A stretch of 64,000 nucleotides of DNA, from positions 14,384,001 through 14,448,000 of the forward strand of contig NC_092672.1 in assembly GCF_964355755.1 (NCBI RefSeq). The letters are read 5' to 3'. The first letter of the stretch is position 1. The number at the start of each line of letters is the position of its first letter. Source of the DNA: Antedon mediterranea (Eukaryota; Animalia; Echinodermata). The notes beneath the pieces were generated by a model. It had not been told where the DNA came from. It was given only the letters and a program-made list of their open reading frames with translations, and did not search any database. Below, one piece after another: positions 50,701 to 63,742 of this stretch. A program made the position numbers and the translations under genes.

Positions 50701-53470
50701 GTTGCTTATGTGTTATGTGAGTATACTCGTTTCTTTATTAGTGTTTTCTGGGATATTTATTCATTTCAACATAAGAAAAGAGATTAAGGTGTAACAATAA
50801 ACAGCCAAAAAGAAGTTTGGTAATAGTATCAGACTAGGCTGTATAGGTTTACTTTTCATGATGATGATACTGTAATAATACATTGAGCAGTGAATAACAC
50901 TAGTAAGTATACCTGCCCTAGAGTGGGCTTCAAATGTAGTTTAAAAAATAATTCAGATTCATATCATCTATATTAATTCAATTCTTTATTAATACATCAA
51001 AACAGATTTATAAACATCAAGGAGGTACAGTAAGCAACAAAACAAACAAATAAAAATATTTATTATGTCTCCTAAAAAAGGCGGAGTTAACATAATTGAT
51101 AACAGGCAAAATAATATTAAAATCATGCGCGCCCATAGGAAAAATGAATTTTTCATTATCATATAATCAAAATAAACAGCTTCCTCTCTAACATTGCTAT
51201 ACAAATCATAACGTAAATCTGAATAAAATGTTGATTACCTTCTCAAATTTGTTGAGGCTGTGAGGGCCTATGAACCAGTTAAGGTAGGGTAAACGCTGTA
51301 CAAGATCAATGTGTAGTTCATGAAGCTGATTCATTATATTATTTAATTGTAACTGTGTATTTGCAGCTTTAATGTGAGTATAATTTGTATATAACGATTG
51401 TCTATTGGAACCTGAATCCAGGAAAGTGAACATTCAAAACACTAACTTTGTATTTGATACAGGCTGGAATTGCTACACATGTACATTGTCGGTATAACTC
51501 TATTACAAACATTTTTTTATTGGAAACAGGCTGAAATTTCTACTTGTTATGCAAGTGATAAGGGAAAATACATTGTTTTATTTTCTGAAAGAGACAGCAG
51601 TTTATCCAAGTACTGTTACTTACCTTTAACAGAACCTCATTGAAACTTGTGTTTAATTTACAATCTCTTTAACATCACTATAGGCTACATGTGTTTAATG
51701 TGTGGGTAACGAAATGTATTAATTAATCCTTGTTGAGATGGCATTATATGCAAATGTAAAGTGTTACCTAAAATAAGTGTGTTATTGAATGAAATATATA
51801 TTTCTTTGTGTGATCTCCTGTGCAACCTCCAGCAATTGTGTCCAACAGACTCACCGCCATTTTGATTAATAGGTCCCATTGAGTAACCGTGACAGTTATG
51901 ATATCCACCCCTTATTACCCATAAATAGCCTTATGTATGTATCAAAATATCACATTTCCTATGTACTGTATCAGTGTAAATAAATTTTGTAGTTTTACAC
52001 AAATATATTTATAGGGCTAAATGATTTTTTGTTAACTGTTAGATAAAAAAGTGAATTCGACTTACGAACCCAAACCATACTTAAGAGTATCATGCAACCA
52101 ACTAAATAGAAGTGATGAGAATGGATTTATAGAGACTGCAATCCCAGGTATCAATTTGACATTTTATACATCTGTCCTTAATGAATTATTCTAAGATCAG
52201 TAAATTTACATCACTCGTTATGCTGTTGATTACATTTGCTATTGGTATTCTATACATACCAAGATTCCTATTGTTTAGAGTTTATAGTTAGGTTTATAAA
52301 TAATGACTTTTCTTCTATTAGTTATATGATCATTGATTGATATACAGTATGAGGTAAAGTTATAGTTGGTCATGATCTGTTTTTAGATAATAGCTATGTT
52401 ACCTAGAAAAATACTGTAAGGTACACACAATCATGGATGTGAATTAAACTCCAATGAATCATTGCAAACTGACATTCTATTACAGAATTCATACATACAG
52501 CATGATACAAAATGTAACAAACTATTTTTTCTCCTTGGATAATGTTACGGAGTTACAATGCTTTCACATATTGACGGTGTTAAAATAAAACCGTGTAAAC
52601 GCCATGATGTAATATTTTTGTTATCTTATTTTGAAATTTTTTTTCACAGATGATTCTTCAAACTATGTTCTTAAAGGTATGCTAATTCATGATTGTAGGC
52701 ATACAGTTTGATGCCACATTTCTTATATGGCCATATATGGCCTGGAATAAGTTATCTATTACCAATCCTAATCTACAAAATCCATGAAAATTTGCATTTG
52801 CAGATTTTTAAAAGCTACACCCAATTTTTTACAGCCCTACTATCTCGGAAAATATCTAGGCTATTTTTGTGTCAGTTGGTTTTTCACATTATTAGATTTG
52901 TTGAAATCTGAGATGGTCACGTGGGGAGTTTTAATGAGGTGACATGGAATAATCCATTTGGCTCTATTTAAAAATGTTATTGAAATGAAAATTGTTTAGT
53001 TATGAAACATTGTCTAACCATCGTTCCCGATCTGGATAACTGGTCTTAAATTGTGGCCGTTTCTGGATCGCACTTCTGGATTGCAATCTGTTAATGGTAA
53101 GCTCCTGATATAAATTAATTTATATTTAATTAATTGTAACTTTTTGTTTTCAGATGGTAAAGAATATTTTGAGTTTGAAAGTGATCTTGCTAATGTATTA
53201 CCTCCAAATGGATCTAAACTGGAAGATTTTTTTCATCACCTTATGCCAGATTGTAATATAACTAACATAATACATGATCACAAAGGTGATGTCTGTGAGG
53301 GGAAAAGGCAACTTCTTAAAAGTTGGACTCAAAAGGTTGGTGAAACCGACAATATAAGGGTTCAACTACTCCTATCAGGCATGAGGAAAGTTGATGGATT
53401 ACAAGAATGCCGCAGACAAATAATAGAAAAATGTTGTTGTCTAAACAGTGAGACTAACACAAATATGTAG
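38752..53470 (+). CDS. TNF receptor superfamily member with death domain (death-receptor / p75NTR-like architecture), 11 coding exons, ~354 aa
   Basis: Exons 38752-38844 (signal peptide; GC donor), 42535-42564, 43971-44119, 44939-45041 and 49305-49359 (Cys-rich: CCRVCEKGQY..C..CERCGTGTYQDG..CDQC), 49690-49725 and 50056-50112 (S/T stalk), 50624-50716 (TM IVGSVAGGLCFVILVIVIVAYVL), 52043-52147, 52650-52676, and 53154-53470 (death domain, QLLKSW). All phases join into an open 1065-nt frame. Confidence 0.85.
39395..40899. mobile_element. Foldback/MULE-like element with tandem-array TIRs
   Basis: 8-bp TSD TTAATAAT (39387-39394 and 40900-40907); left arm of GGACAACTACCCC arrays, right arm of inverted GGGGTARTTGT(T)CCTA arrays. 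Confidence 0.85.
39754..40214. mobile_element. MULE-like MITE nested in the foldback element
   Basis: TIR GGGTGTTTC(G)AAACTAGAGACCCGAGACCAGAGACC; 9-bp TSD GTTTTTAAC (39745-39753 and 40215-40223); internal GGGTCTCCCTTTTCGTATA array. Confidence 0.88.
43688..43698. promoter_or_regulatory. Candidate NF-kB site in a TNFR intron
   Basis: GGGAAATTCCC matches GGGRNWYYCC; motif match only. Confidence 0.3.
44323..44475. mobile_element. Truncated palindromic MITE (PIF/Harbinger-like)
   Basis: AGGACGTAA(A)CGCAACGCAAG / CTTGCGTTGCGTTACGTCCT and CAATCACAAGCGA / TCGCTTGTGATTG inverted repeats; left end AGCTTGGTTCCCACTAG. Confidence 0.6.
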
Positions 53471-53768
53471 AGCTAATTTTAACATTTTATGCTTCATTTT
53501 AGTCGTTGAAGTATCAAGAATATCCGTCTTGTACATACAATTTGTTGTTTTAATGTCAGTCCATTCAAACAGTTGACCTAGTTAAGCAGATTAACGTTCA
53601 GATTTTGTGCTTTTTCTTGATTAATTGGATTTATATAATATAAATAAGTAGAATTATGGATGACTTAGAATTATTACAATCTGCGAGTTCTTTATTTTAC
53701 ATATTTGCATTTCATACGACAGCAAACTCTACTGTATCCCAAGATAGCTAGAGGCCGCTTTTAATTAA

Positions 53769-54100
53769 AGATGTATTGTCCCCCAAAAGCATGACAAATG
53801 AAGATTAATAAATCAGACTTTGAATATGTTATTTTGTAGTTTTAATAAAGTTATTCACTTTCATAGAAAAAAAATTTAAAAAATAATGTTTTCACTTGTA
53901 TATTGACAAAATAAATGGTTAAATTCAACCAAAAACCCACTGACTAGCAGCCAATTTGACCATTTTTTGCTTTAAATTACAGTTTTTCAGTTAAATACAT
54001 TTTTTTAAATCCAATTTTTGGTCAAAGTGGATAAATATTATGTTACATTAAAATGGCACATTCAACAACAAAATGTTTTTTTCAGGAGGACAATACATCT
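53769..54100. mobile_element. Complete Kolobok-like MITE of a multicopy family
   Basis: TTAA|AGATGTATTGTCC...GGACAATACATCT|TTAA; partial copies end near 741, 20995, 31152 and 49094. Confidence 0.85.
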
Positions 54101-54220
54101 TTAAACTAAAATTATTTAAGAAACTAATATTTATATTTAATATCAATCTGTCCATCAAAGTGTTGTTTACAATGTTTTTTTAGCATATTCATCTTAATAG
54201 TTTCTTAATTCATAATTGAC

Positions 54221-54830
54221 AGTACTGAAAGAGTTCATGTTTCCTTGTACATACTTGAAAAAGAACTAATTTTATAGAAATTTTACAAAAAGCTGAATAT
54301 TCATTGTTGTCATTTGTTTATTTGATATGTAATTAACCAATCAAATGTCAAGAATACAAACAGGTGTGTTATAAAGTTTATAAAGAATGAAAATTATTTA
54401 ATATATATTTATTGTTGTAGACTAAAGACCGAATCCCAAATTAAAGCATGTTCCCAATCAAATGTATTATCAATATTCCACTGATATAGTTATACGTTGC
54501 TGCCCAACATGTTACAGATTTGAAGGGTGGTAAGTAATATTAGTAGTTATGACTTTTTATAGTACTGAAAGACTTAATGTTTCCTTGTAGTGTACATACT
54601 TGAAAATTGACTAACTTTATAGTAATTTTACAAAAAGCCGAACGTTTTTAAAAATGGTGTACATCATTATTTATAATTAACCAATCAAATGGCAAAAATA
54701 CAAGCAGGTGTGTTATAAAGTTTATTTATAAAGAATGACAAACAAATATCTTAATAAAGCTAGATATTTTCCCATGTATTATCAATATTCTACAGTAGTA
54801 AAGTTATACTGTAATGTTGCTGGCCTACAT
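54221..54830. repeat. Diverged ~340-bp tandem duplication downstream of the TNFR stop
   Basis: AGTACTGAAAGA..TTTCCTTGTA..ATTAACCAATCAAATG..CAGGTGTGTTATAAAGTTTA..ATGTATTATCAATATTC occurs twice, starting at 54221 and 54561. Confidence 0.75.
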
Positions 54831-55205
54831 TTCAATTGACATTACTGTGTAGTAGTTATTAGAAACCACCACAAGTTTATTTAGCTTTCTGTCTTTCTTC
54901 CTTGAACATTATGCTTTGTTCTTCTTGCTCCTCTCCACACACTGGGAATGTATTCTATTAGACCTAAAATGAAATATAATGTGATCACACATTTATTACC
55001 ATTTTTTAAAGAATTAAATCTGTCGATATATTGTTAATTCTGTCGAGGCATAATAAATGAATACAGTATGTCGATATTCATTACAATTTGTTAATTATGT
55101 CAGTACAGTACAGAATTATTTACGTCCGATTAGTTCTATGTCGCACAACTATATTAAAAGTAAATACGATTACCTTTGGTTGACACGCATGTTTTAATAT
55201 TAGGA

Positions 55206-55576
55206 AAATTAGAGCACAAATACAAATATGTGCGTTGCGCTATCTGAAAGTTATCGAATACGTATGCAAATTAGTGCACAAATATGTGCGTTGCACTATC
55301 TGAAAGTTATCGGATACGTATGCAAATTAGTGCACAAATACAAATATGTGCGTTGCACTATCTGAAAGTTATCGGATACGTATGCAAATTAGTGCACAAA
55401 TATGTGCGTTGCGCTATCTGAAAGTTATCGGATACGTATGCAAATTAGTGCACAAATACAAATATGTGCGTTGCACTATCTGAAAGTTATCGGATACGTA
55501 TGCAAATTAGTGCACAAATACAAATATGTGCGTTGCGCTATCTGAAAGTGATCGGGTACATTATGTAAATTAGTGC
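55206..55576. repeat. 55/61-bp minisatellite, ~6 copies
   Basis: Unit AAATTAGTGCACAAATA(CAAATA)TGTGCGTTGCRCTATCTGAAAGTTATCGGATACGTATGC. Confidence 0.92.
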
Positions 55577-55770
55577 CAACGACTGAACCGTGTGCATCTT
55601 ATTTATTCAACCAAACATAAACACTCTATCTAAACCTACCGTCTAGCAGTAATTTCATTCATTGTTTACATTAAATATTTCATGGCGACATCTTTTTTTT
55701 TAGTTATTTAGTAAGTTATTTATTTGTGCCGACGGTAGAGTATTCGGTCTTCAATTTGCATGTAGGCCTA

Positions 55771-56031
55771 CTTCGTCCAGTATATAATTCGATATGATTA
55801 TTAAATACGTGGAAGAAGCGAATAAGTAAAATACTAAAACACTGGACAGACAGAGAAGGAGACTGATCTAACGCAACTGACTATATATGAAGTGAAATAA
55901 TAAAGCTGCACAGACACCGGACCTTCGTCCAGTATATAATACAATTATTAAATGCGTGGAAGAAGCGAATAGGTAAAATACTAAAACACTGGACAGACAG
56001 GGAAGGAGACTGAACTAACGCAACTGACTAT
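55771..56031. repeat. Two-copy direct repeat (~110 bp, ~152-bp period)
   Basis: CTTCGTCCAGTATATAAT...AACGCAACTGACTAT at 55771 and 55923. Confidence 0.85.
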
Positions 56032-56534
56032 TTATATATAAATTATGGTTAGGCCTAATTCTGACATAGGCGAGTACAATGAAAAAACTTCGGTACAAAT
56101 CTCTGCCCTGGATACCTACCTGATCTATCTCAGATGTACCGTGAAATGAAAATTTAATAACATTAGTTTTCACTATTACGATATTGTTCCATAAATCTAT
56201 CTTAGGAAGATATTATAAATAGTTTTTTAACCAAATTTATGATTTCAACAGTAGATTTTCAACTCAATTTCAATTCTTCGCGGTCAAAGTAATTTCCGGG
56301 TTCACGATGGGTTCACCTTGTGACAACCTGGTTTCAACTATTTTTTCTCTTTTATACACAAGTGAGCAGTTAAAATAATAGATTTGGAAACAGGCACTTT
56401 CCATCAATCAATACATTGTCCCTTTGGAAAACAGAAGAAAAAAACTGATAGTAGGACTGAAGCTTAAGTTGGCCATTAGTGGCTATAGCCATTTCAATTT
56501 TTTGTTTATTTTAGGAACGGACCGCGCGTGTGCA

Positions 56535-56756
56535 GGTAAAGGTAAAGGTGAGTCCCGTATTCTCTGAACGTAGGGGAATGAGCTGTTAGGAGCTCATTGT
56601 ACTAAGCCTCGGCATTATGTGGTAGGGTGGCCAGTTCCTTTCCACCGCCTTTTTTCTCCCTAGTATTTTCAACCAGGTACTCATTTACAGCTGAGTGGAC
56701 TGGGAGTTGTCGGGAATTGAACCCGGGTCTATCTGTATGTCCTAACCACTCGGCTA
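56535..56756 (-). mobile_element. tRNA-derived SINE, second copy
   Basis: Reverse complement of the 35111 element, with a (CCTTTA)n tail. Confidence 0.85.
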
Positions 56757-57478
56757 CGTAGTTAAAAAACAAAAATTATTCTGCAAATTAATAAAGATTA
56801 AATTAAATATACGCCATAAAAATCGGAATATATTGTTATTGAGAATAGTATTATAAAAATACATAGGGAGATTTGATGATAAGACATTTTGTTTAAAATC
56901 GAGTGAAATCTCGATAACCCAGAATAACTGTAGGCTATCTGTGTCCCGTTAGGACCGAGATGTCTGCCCATGTTGCAAGCCGTAATGTCTTCTGTCACGG
57001 AAGTTAGTTTCAAAAGATGTTAATAAATAATGTATTAATTATTAGGATGGTATTTTTTTGTCTCTCCAATAAAACATCACTTTTTTGGTTGTGTGGGGGG
57101 ATGTCCCAACCATTAGACCACTGGGGCTTTCATGGTATTGTTCGAACTCGATTGGATAGCGACTCTTTAACATTCTCGGCGTGGTCCGAGTTCGAGTCTC
57201 GGTTGGGGCTTTTTCTCATTGTCACAAATTTCCTCATCTTTATCGTTTCAAATATATATACTGTATATATAATATATTCCATGCTCCAACGGGCGTATCG
57301 CCAGACAATCAATATCGGTCCAGTAGGACAATACAACGTCCTCACTTGACCTACTATGGCAAACACTAAAACCCAGCCAAACAATAGCGATCTCATATAA
57401 GTAGGCGTACTCACCATAAAGTTATTGTGGGACTCTTGTGATGGTTAATGTTCATGACAGTGTACTACAACAGAATTC

Positions 57479-57595
57479 AGTTACCTGTCTAAATCCTTAC
57501 CAGCCATCAGACAATTGGATCACTCACTTTGACAACACGTTATAGTTACCTGTCTAAATCCTTACCAGCCATCAGACAATTGGATCACTCACTTG
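57479..57595. repeat. Two-copy 65-bp tandem duplication
   Basis: AGTTACCTGTCTAAATCCTTACCAGCCATCAGACAATTGGATCACTCACTT occurs twice. Confidence 0.85.
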
Positions 57596-60500
57596 TGACG
57601 ACACAAAGTTAATACTGCCCAACCAAGTTCATACTATCTTGTATTGATGCCAACAATATAGGCCTACAAGAGGGAAAAATTCTTCAAGTCACAGTAAGTA
57701 AAAAATAGGAACAAACTTATTTATTATCTATCAGTAATATGATTAATTTTTTAAACAAAGAGAGCACACGGATGTAAGTTACAGTCGTGTGTCCTGGAGC
57801 ATGTCAGGGAGCTGCGTATGTATTAGAATTCCACCACCGTGCAATAAAATGTTTACAAGTTTATATATTACAAATAATAACAAGAAACAAAATCTCTCGC
57901 ATGCATCAGAGTGTTGCTAATGTTGTTGCTAAAATCAATATGTAAAGGCAGAAATACACTCACACAGCAGGAGAGCCTCTACCATAGACAGGAACAAATT
58001 ACCTAAAACAAAATAAGATAATAATAAATGGTTCCATAGGCAACAATTTGTTCGATATTTTCATATATTAATTTAGATATTTTTATTTATGAAAAAATGT
58101 GCCTAGATAAAAGTTTATTGAGAAAAGGTCTTCAAGTAGATAACGAATGTTTAGATCTATTGAACCGTTGTTATTCCAATATCCTCTGTAATATTTTTAA
58201 ATAGTTCAATTTTAATTTCATCAAATAGGCCTACTTGGGTCTAATCGCAATCTAATACATCCGATTCTCCAAGTTTGCCTTACACAATTTACATGAGTCA
58301 GAACATTTATCATAATTCATGGTTTAGCCTAAAGTATACTTTAAAAGGAGTTGCTTAATATACCCATTTAAATCTTTATTTGATTTTAGTATCTACTTTT
58401 AAAATTATTGTTTTGTCAATTGTATACCAACCTAGATCTCTATAATTGCTTTTTAGCCGTATAGGTGCTTTAAAAGCAAGTCACTATAAAATAAACTCTT
58501 TTTTCCAACACTGGTCCCCTAGGCTACACAACAAAATCATCTAGTGGCTGGAAAGGAGACCAATCGGCGCCATAACGCATCATAGCAACTGAAGAAGTCA
58601 AGCTGACAGCTAGACGAAACTGTCTTGCCAACGTAAGTTTTATTGGTTTACTATCAAAGAACTACTTATATTATTAAAATAAACTCTGTTATTCAAATTG
58701 AGTTTATATTATGCTATATTATCCTATATTGCCGTTTTAATTTCCATTTTCTATTATACAGTATTTTACCATGATTTTACATCACGTTGTTGTCGTGTAA
58801 GAACATTCGATTTATTGTAATTAAAATCCAATTTCCATTTATATACATGAAATCTCACTTGCTGCTATAAGTAGGAGGTTTTTATCTTCACCGATCAGCC
58901 TAAAACAACATAAAATATATTAACTCCAGTTTTTCTGTCTATTTTTGCTTTGCTTTTGATACAATTGAATATGCGAGGGTGTTTAAAAACTATAAAGAAA
59001 ACAATAGGCCAACAAGTTATATTCATAAATATACCATTAGACTAGAACAATCCGACTCTCATACTAAAGGATGTGGTAAAACATGGAAGTTAGCTAACAA
59101 ACAAAATAATCCGCCACGCCTTCGCGGTGTGAAAAACAAAACAAAGCTGTGATAGCATAGAAAGTGATAATAATTACCCTTCTTATTCTTAACTACCTGT
59201 GATTTCCTATGAATTGGTAAGGAGCTAAAGCTGACTTCTCGTGGTCTAGTGCAAATTTGATTTGAAAGTCTTAAGAATTATGCAAAGCCAGAATATCGCG
59301 CTTGCTGATCAAATAATTTATATTACAGTTCCAATTACTGTATGCCTATTATTTGTTTAAAAAAATCGACCATGAAATGGCACCGAAAACGAGCGATGTT
59401 CAAACTCAATATGGAGTGATCAGGGGAGTCCCTTATATTTAACAACAACAAAAAGAAAAGGAATTCTTAAAAAATGAGTAAGAAACAGTCACAGACTTCT
59501 GTATAATTATATATCATATTATATTACGCAATGAATTATTATATTAACTTAAAAATCTGTGCGTGCAGACTAACCAGGATCTGGGCGCACCACCCAGCCC
59601 CTGCATGCAATGTTATAACTTTGCCGCCGCCCCCAAATTTTCCTGTTTTTTTTTTTTTTAAATAATAAATAAATCAATACCTATTAATATTGATATTATA
59701 TTAATTTCCTCAACAAATTGATGTAAATACATATATTGAGCTTTAATAATAAGCTTTTTTCGGGGCTTCCCCTAGACGTACGTTCGCATTGAACTACTTC
59801 AACGCAACGCAACAAAACAAAATACTGAGTGAATGAAATCGGCAACAAAATGTTGTTTAATTTAATTCGTTAATTAGTTAGGTGTGTTTATGATCGTTTT
59901 CCTCATTTGTAGCATGCTACATGATTTCCGGCCACTGGGGCGTCATTTAACTATAAAGTTCGCTTCGCCACAGGTCCCGTCGATGGCCCTGGACAAGCAC
60001 TTTTTTTCAGCCGTGCAAACGCTGACTTGCCCTGTTGTGACGTTTTTACTAAAAATAGGCCTATGGGGGGGAAATGCCACCTTTTAATAGGCATATTTAA
60101 AGTATCAGTTTTTAATACATTTATAATAACATGAGAGTGCCATTTCCGACTATATCTATAGAGGTGTTATATTTTCAAAATTGCCTCGACTCAGCACCAA
60201 CCATGGTAGGGCTGAGTTGGTGTCGACTCTCTACAGTTGCGCATCCACCTACTCCCCTTTCACAAAATCCTGGCCCCTGGTGATGTACAAAAATTGGGCA
60301 ATGTGTATAGACTCGACGCGCGAAATGCAAACTCGACATGTACGACATTTATGTCCGTCCTGGCGTGCCATAAACATGACTACCGTTGCGACGATCGAAA
60401 CGGTTAGTTATAATTTCCGAAAGAAAAGGCAATCTACCAATAGAACGCTGTTCGGCCAGATCAATGAGTTTACATCTAGTTGCCTCACGCCCCTACTTGA

Positions 60501-60930
60501 CTGATTTTCGATTGGCCAATTGGCTTCCTCTATTCTGTTTCTATTCTGGAAATATCTGTATACTATACTATCCATAGTGGCCATATAGCCTAATTCAAGG
60601 TAAGTAGGCCTACAGTATTCATGATTGATTGATTTTATTTGTCATCATAAAAACATACTGAACATATTTACAAGATCGAGACTGCGGTAAAATTGGGAAA
60701 GGATGACATTTTGATGACATGACATTTGAAAAGCCAATGTCAAAGAAGAAAAACGAAATATGTTTTAAAAATACTATGTTTCTACCTTTTCAGCAGTTAA
60801 AGTGTGTATAGTATTTCCCGGCTCAAATTTGGATTTCGGGAATTATAAAATATTGTCACGTCAAAGAAACAATAGCAGTCAATCAGTGTGATTGCAATAG
60901 CCGGAAGGAAACTGTCAAAGGAATACTATA

Positions 60931-63742
60931 ATGTACATGTCAATGTTAATCGTTTGTTCACTTACCGTTCCTATTAAGATGGAATTCAGCCACCAAGTAT
61001 ATCTAGATCCCCTGGATAATGTTCAACTACTATGGAGCACAGACAACAGTATGATTAAATTTGAAGTTCGAGCATATACAACTGGCTACGTTGGAATTGG
61101 ATTTTCAAGTAACGGTGGAATGAGAGGATCTGATGTGGTACTTGTATGGGTGAAGGACGGCGTACCTTACATCTCGGTAACGTTCAGTTTTATTTTACTT
61201 TCATATTCATAAATGTTACAGAACCTTTTACTTTTAACTGTCGTTACATCTCATGCCTATTTTACTGTATTACCTGAATTCAGTGTTGCAATTATAATGA
61301 TTTGTAGTTGGCTTTTGCCATATCACTTTTGAAGTGTAGGCCTACCGTAGCAATTTAACATTGTAGTTTTGTAAGATATGATTAATTTATGATATGCCAA
61401 AATTAATATTGAAAATGTGATGATATCTTATTTTAAGGATCGTCACTGTATTGGTAACGAAGAACCCCGTGTTGATACACAAAATGATTATGAATTGCTG
61501 TATGGGAGTGAGGTAGATGGCTTAACAGTAGTTGGATATCAACGCAAAATGATCACATGTGACGTCAACGATTACGACATTACCGTAACTATTTTTCTTT
61601 ATTGTATTATTAATCAATACTAATAATTAATTAATACATACGTTCATTTATAAAGGTTATAGCCGTTTAAATGTAAATGGTTCCTGTCGTATACATGTCT
61701 ATTACTTGAATAGGAACGCTTTATTCAAAAGACAATGTGATTGGATTAGATTGAATTAAATTGATTAAAATGTATTGCGATCATGTAGTGTTTTACGCAA
61801 CACGAAACGGAGATTCACATAACATATATATTTATTTACAGGCTGATACAGTGAGAGTAATCTGGTCATATCACTCGGAGGACCCATTTAATTACACGAA
61901 AGCAACATATCACGGTCCTCGACATCGAGGTGTACGATCAATTATATTTATGGATGTTATTCCTCCAAATGATACTTTGCCGGAAGACGCAAGCAGTTTT
62001 GACTTTCTGATAGATAACGTGAGTCTACTACACAAACATACCAATGTCAATTGTAGAATAAATACTAGGCTACAGCATAGGCCTATAACCATTTTAGATT
62101 ATATATTTTTTAAATCATTTTATTTTCATAACTCTATTATGTAGTAGAGGCCTATCTAATTTACCTTTTTTAGATTCACCCACTTTTATTCACTTCTTTT
62201 TTGCATGTTATAATGTTACATAATGTAACATTTATTTTTGGAAACTAAAGTATTTGGAATAAACAATTTGTGTATACCATGTATTGTATAAACAATGTTT
62301 GTAATACATTTTCTTCATTTTAATAACATTTGATGATAGCTTAGATTGAGAGAAGTAGGCCTACCTAAATTACGTTACCTACCGGTATGCCAGTATTCGT
62401 TGCTTGTATTTCTGTATTTGATTGTAGTTAACGTTTATTGCCTTCCTATTATTGCTATTTTTCCTACTTCAACATAACTTATTTATTTCATTACAGCACT
62501 TTTTAATTGATGTACATTTGTTTGTATTAGACTAGTCCAGATAGTCATATTTCCACTCTAATAAGATGCTGTAGGCATTTCGTGTTAAAAGCAAATAAAC
62601 ATGTGTTTTAGGGTAATTTTGGGGTGCTGAATTCAAATCTGCCCAATTTTTAGATCTTCACCCTTAAAATGTGAAAAAAAAAACATGGCGGCTGAAATAG
62701 AGTATTTAAAACTCTAATAACAATATATTATTGTTATAGAAACCATTTTAAACCTGATATTCATTTAAGTCAAGTCACAAGACAAAATACATAGGTATAG
62801 ACACCATTTTAAACCTGCTATGTTACATCATTTAAGTCAAGTCACAAGACAAAATACATAGGTATAGACACCATTTTAAACCTGCTATGTTACATCATTT
62901 AAGTCAAGTCACAAGACAAAATACATAGGTATAGACACCATTTTAAACCTGCTATGTTACATCATTTAAGTCAAGTCACAAGACAAAATACATAGGTATA
63001 GACACCATTTTAAACCTGCTATGTTACATCATTTAAGTCAAGTCACAAGACAAAATACATAGGTATAGACACCATTTTTAACTTGCTATGTTACATAAAA
63101 GTCGAGTTATAAGCCAAAATACGTTTAAAATGTGGCCATCTTGGATTTCAAATTTTAAGGGTAAAGATATGAAAATAAGGCCGGGTAAACAGCAGATTTA
63201 AATTCAGCACCCCGAAATTACCCTAAAACACATTTTTATTCGCTTTTACACGAAATGCCTACAGCATTTCATTTTTCTCAAATCTTGACTAGTCTATATT
63301 TTTATAGTCCTAAAACATTTCGTATATTTTCCAGATTATCGTACCAAATGATACTGATACAACTTACTGGTTTTACCACATGCAACTTCCAAGGCTTGCA
63401 AACGAAAATCATATTATTCGGGTACGAACACTATTTTATGAAATCTATAAAGTTAATGAAATTAATAATAAACGTGTCTTCAGTATAAATAAATAACAAA
63501 ACATCATGTCATCGTTATTGAGGTTTATTAGTTGGAATTTCCTGATTATATATATTATTTCTTTTAAGATTGATCCCGTAATACAACCAGGAAATGAGGG
63601 AATTGTTCACCATTTAATTGTAAAGGAGTGTCATGGACTTGGAAGGATTAATGGCACTGGAAGTCTTAATATAAAAAGTAAAGATATGTATATGTTTAAA
63701 TCCTGTTCCAAACAGATTTATGCATGGTCCGTTGGAGGAGGA
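60931..63742 (+). CDS. MOXD1: DBH-like monooxygenase (MOXD1-like), first five coding exons; gene continues beyond the right edge
   Basis: Exons 60931-61176, 61438-61584 and 61842-62018 (DOMON: GYVGIGFSSNGGMRGSDVV, D..NDYELL, TCD.NDY.I, TVRVIWSYH), then 63335-63421 (DTTYW) and 63569-63742 (VHH copper ligands, AWSVGG). All introns are GT-AG, phase 0. Confidence 0.9.
62528..63296. mobile_element. Academ-like MITE with an internal 67-bp tandem array
   Basis: TAG...CTA termini (TAGACTAGTC / GACTAGTCTA), 3-bp TSD TAT, long subterminal inverted repeats (62566-62641 vs 63193-63267), and about 5 copies of a 67-bp unit at 62742-63097. Confidence 0.8.

Noticed and set aside
57130-57210. tRNA or SINE head (GTTCGAGTC B-box-like)
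   Set aside because: No clear A box or cloverleaf and no second copy in the window; not supportable.
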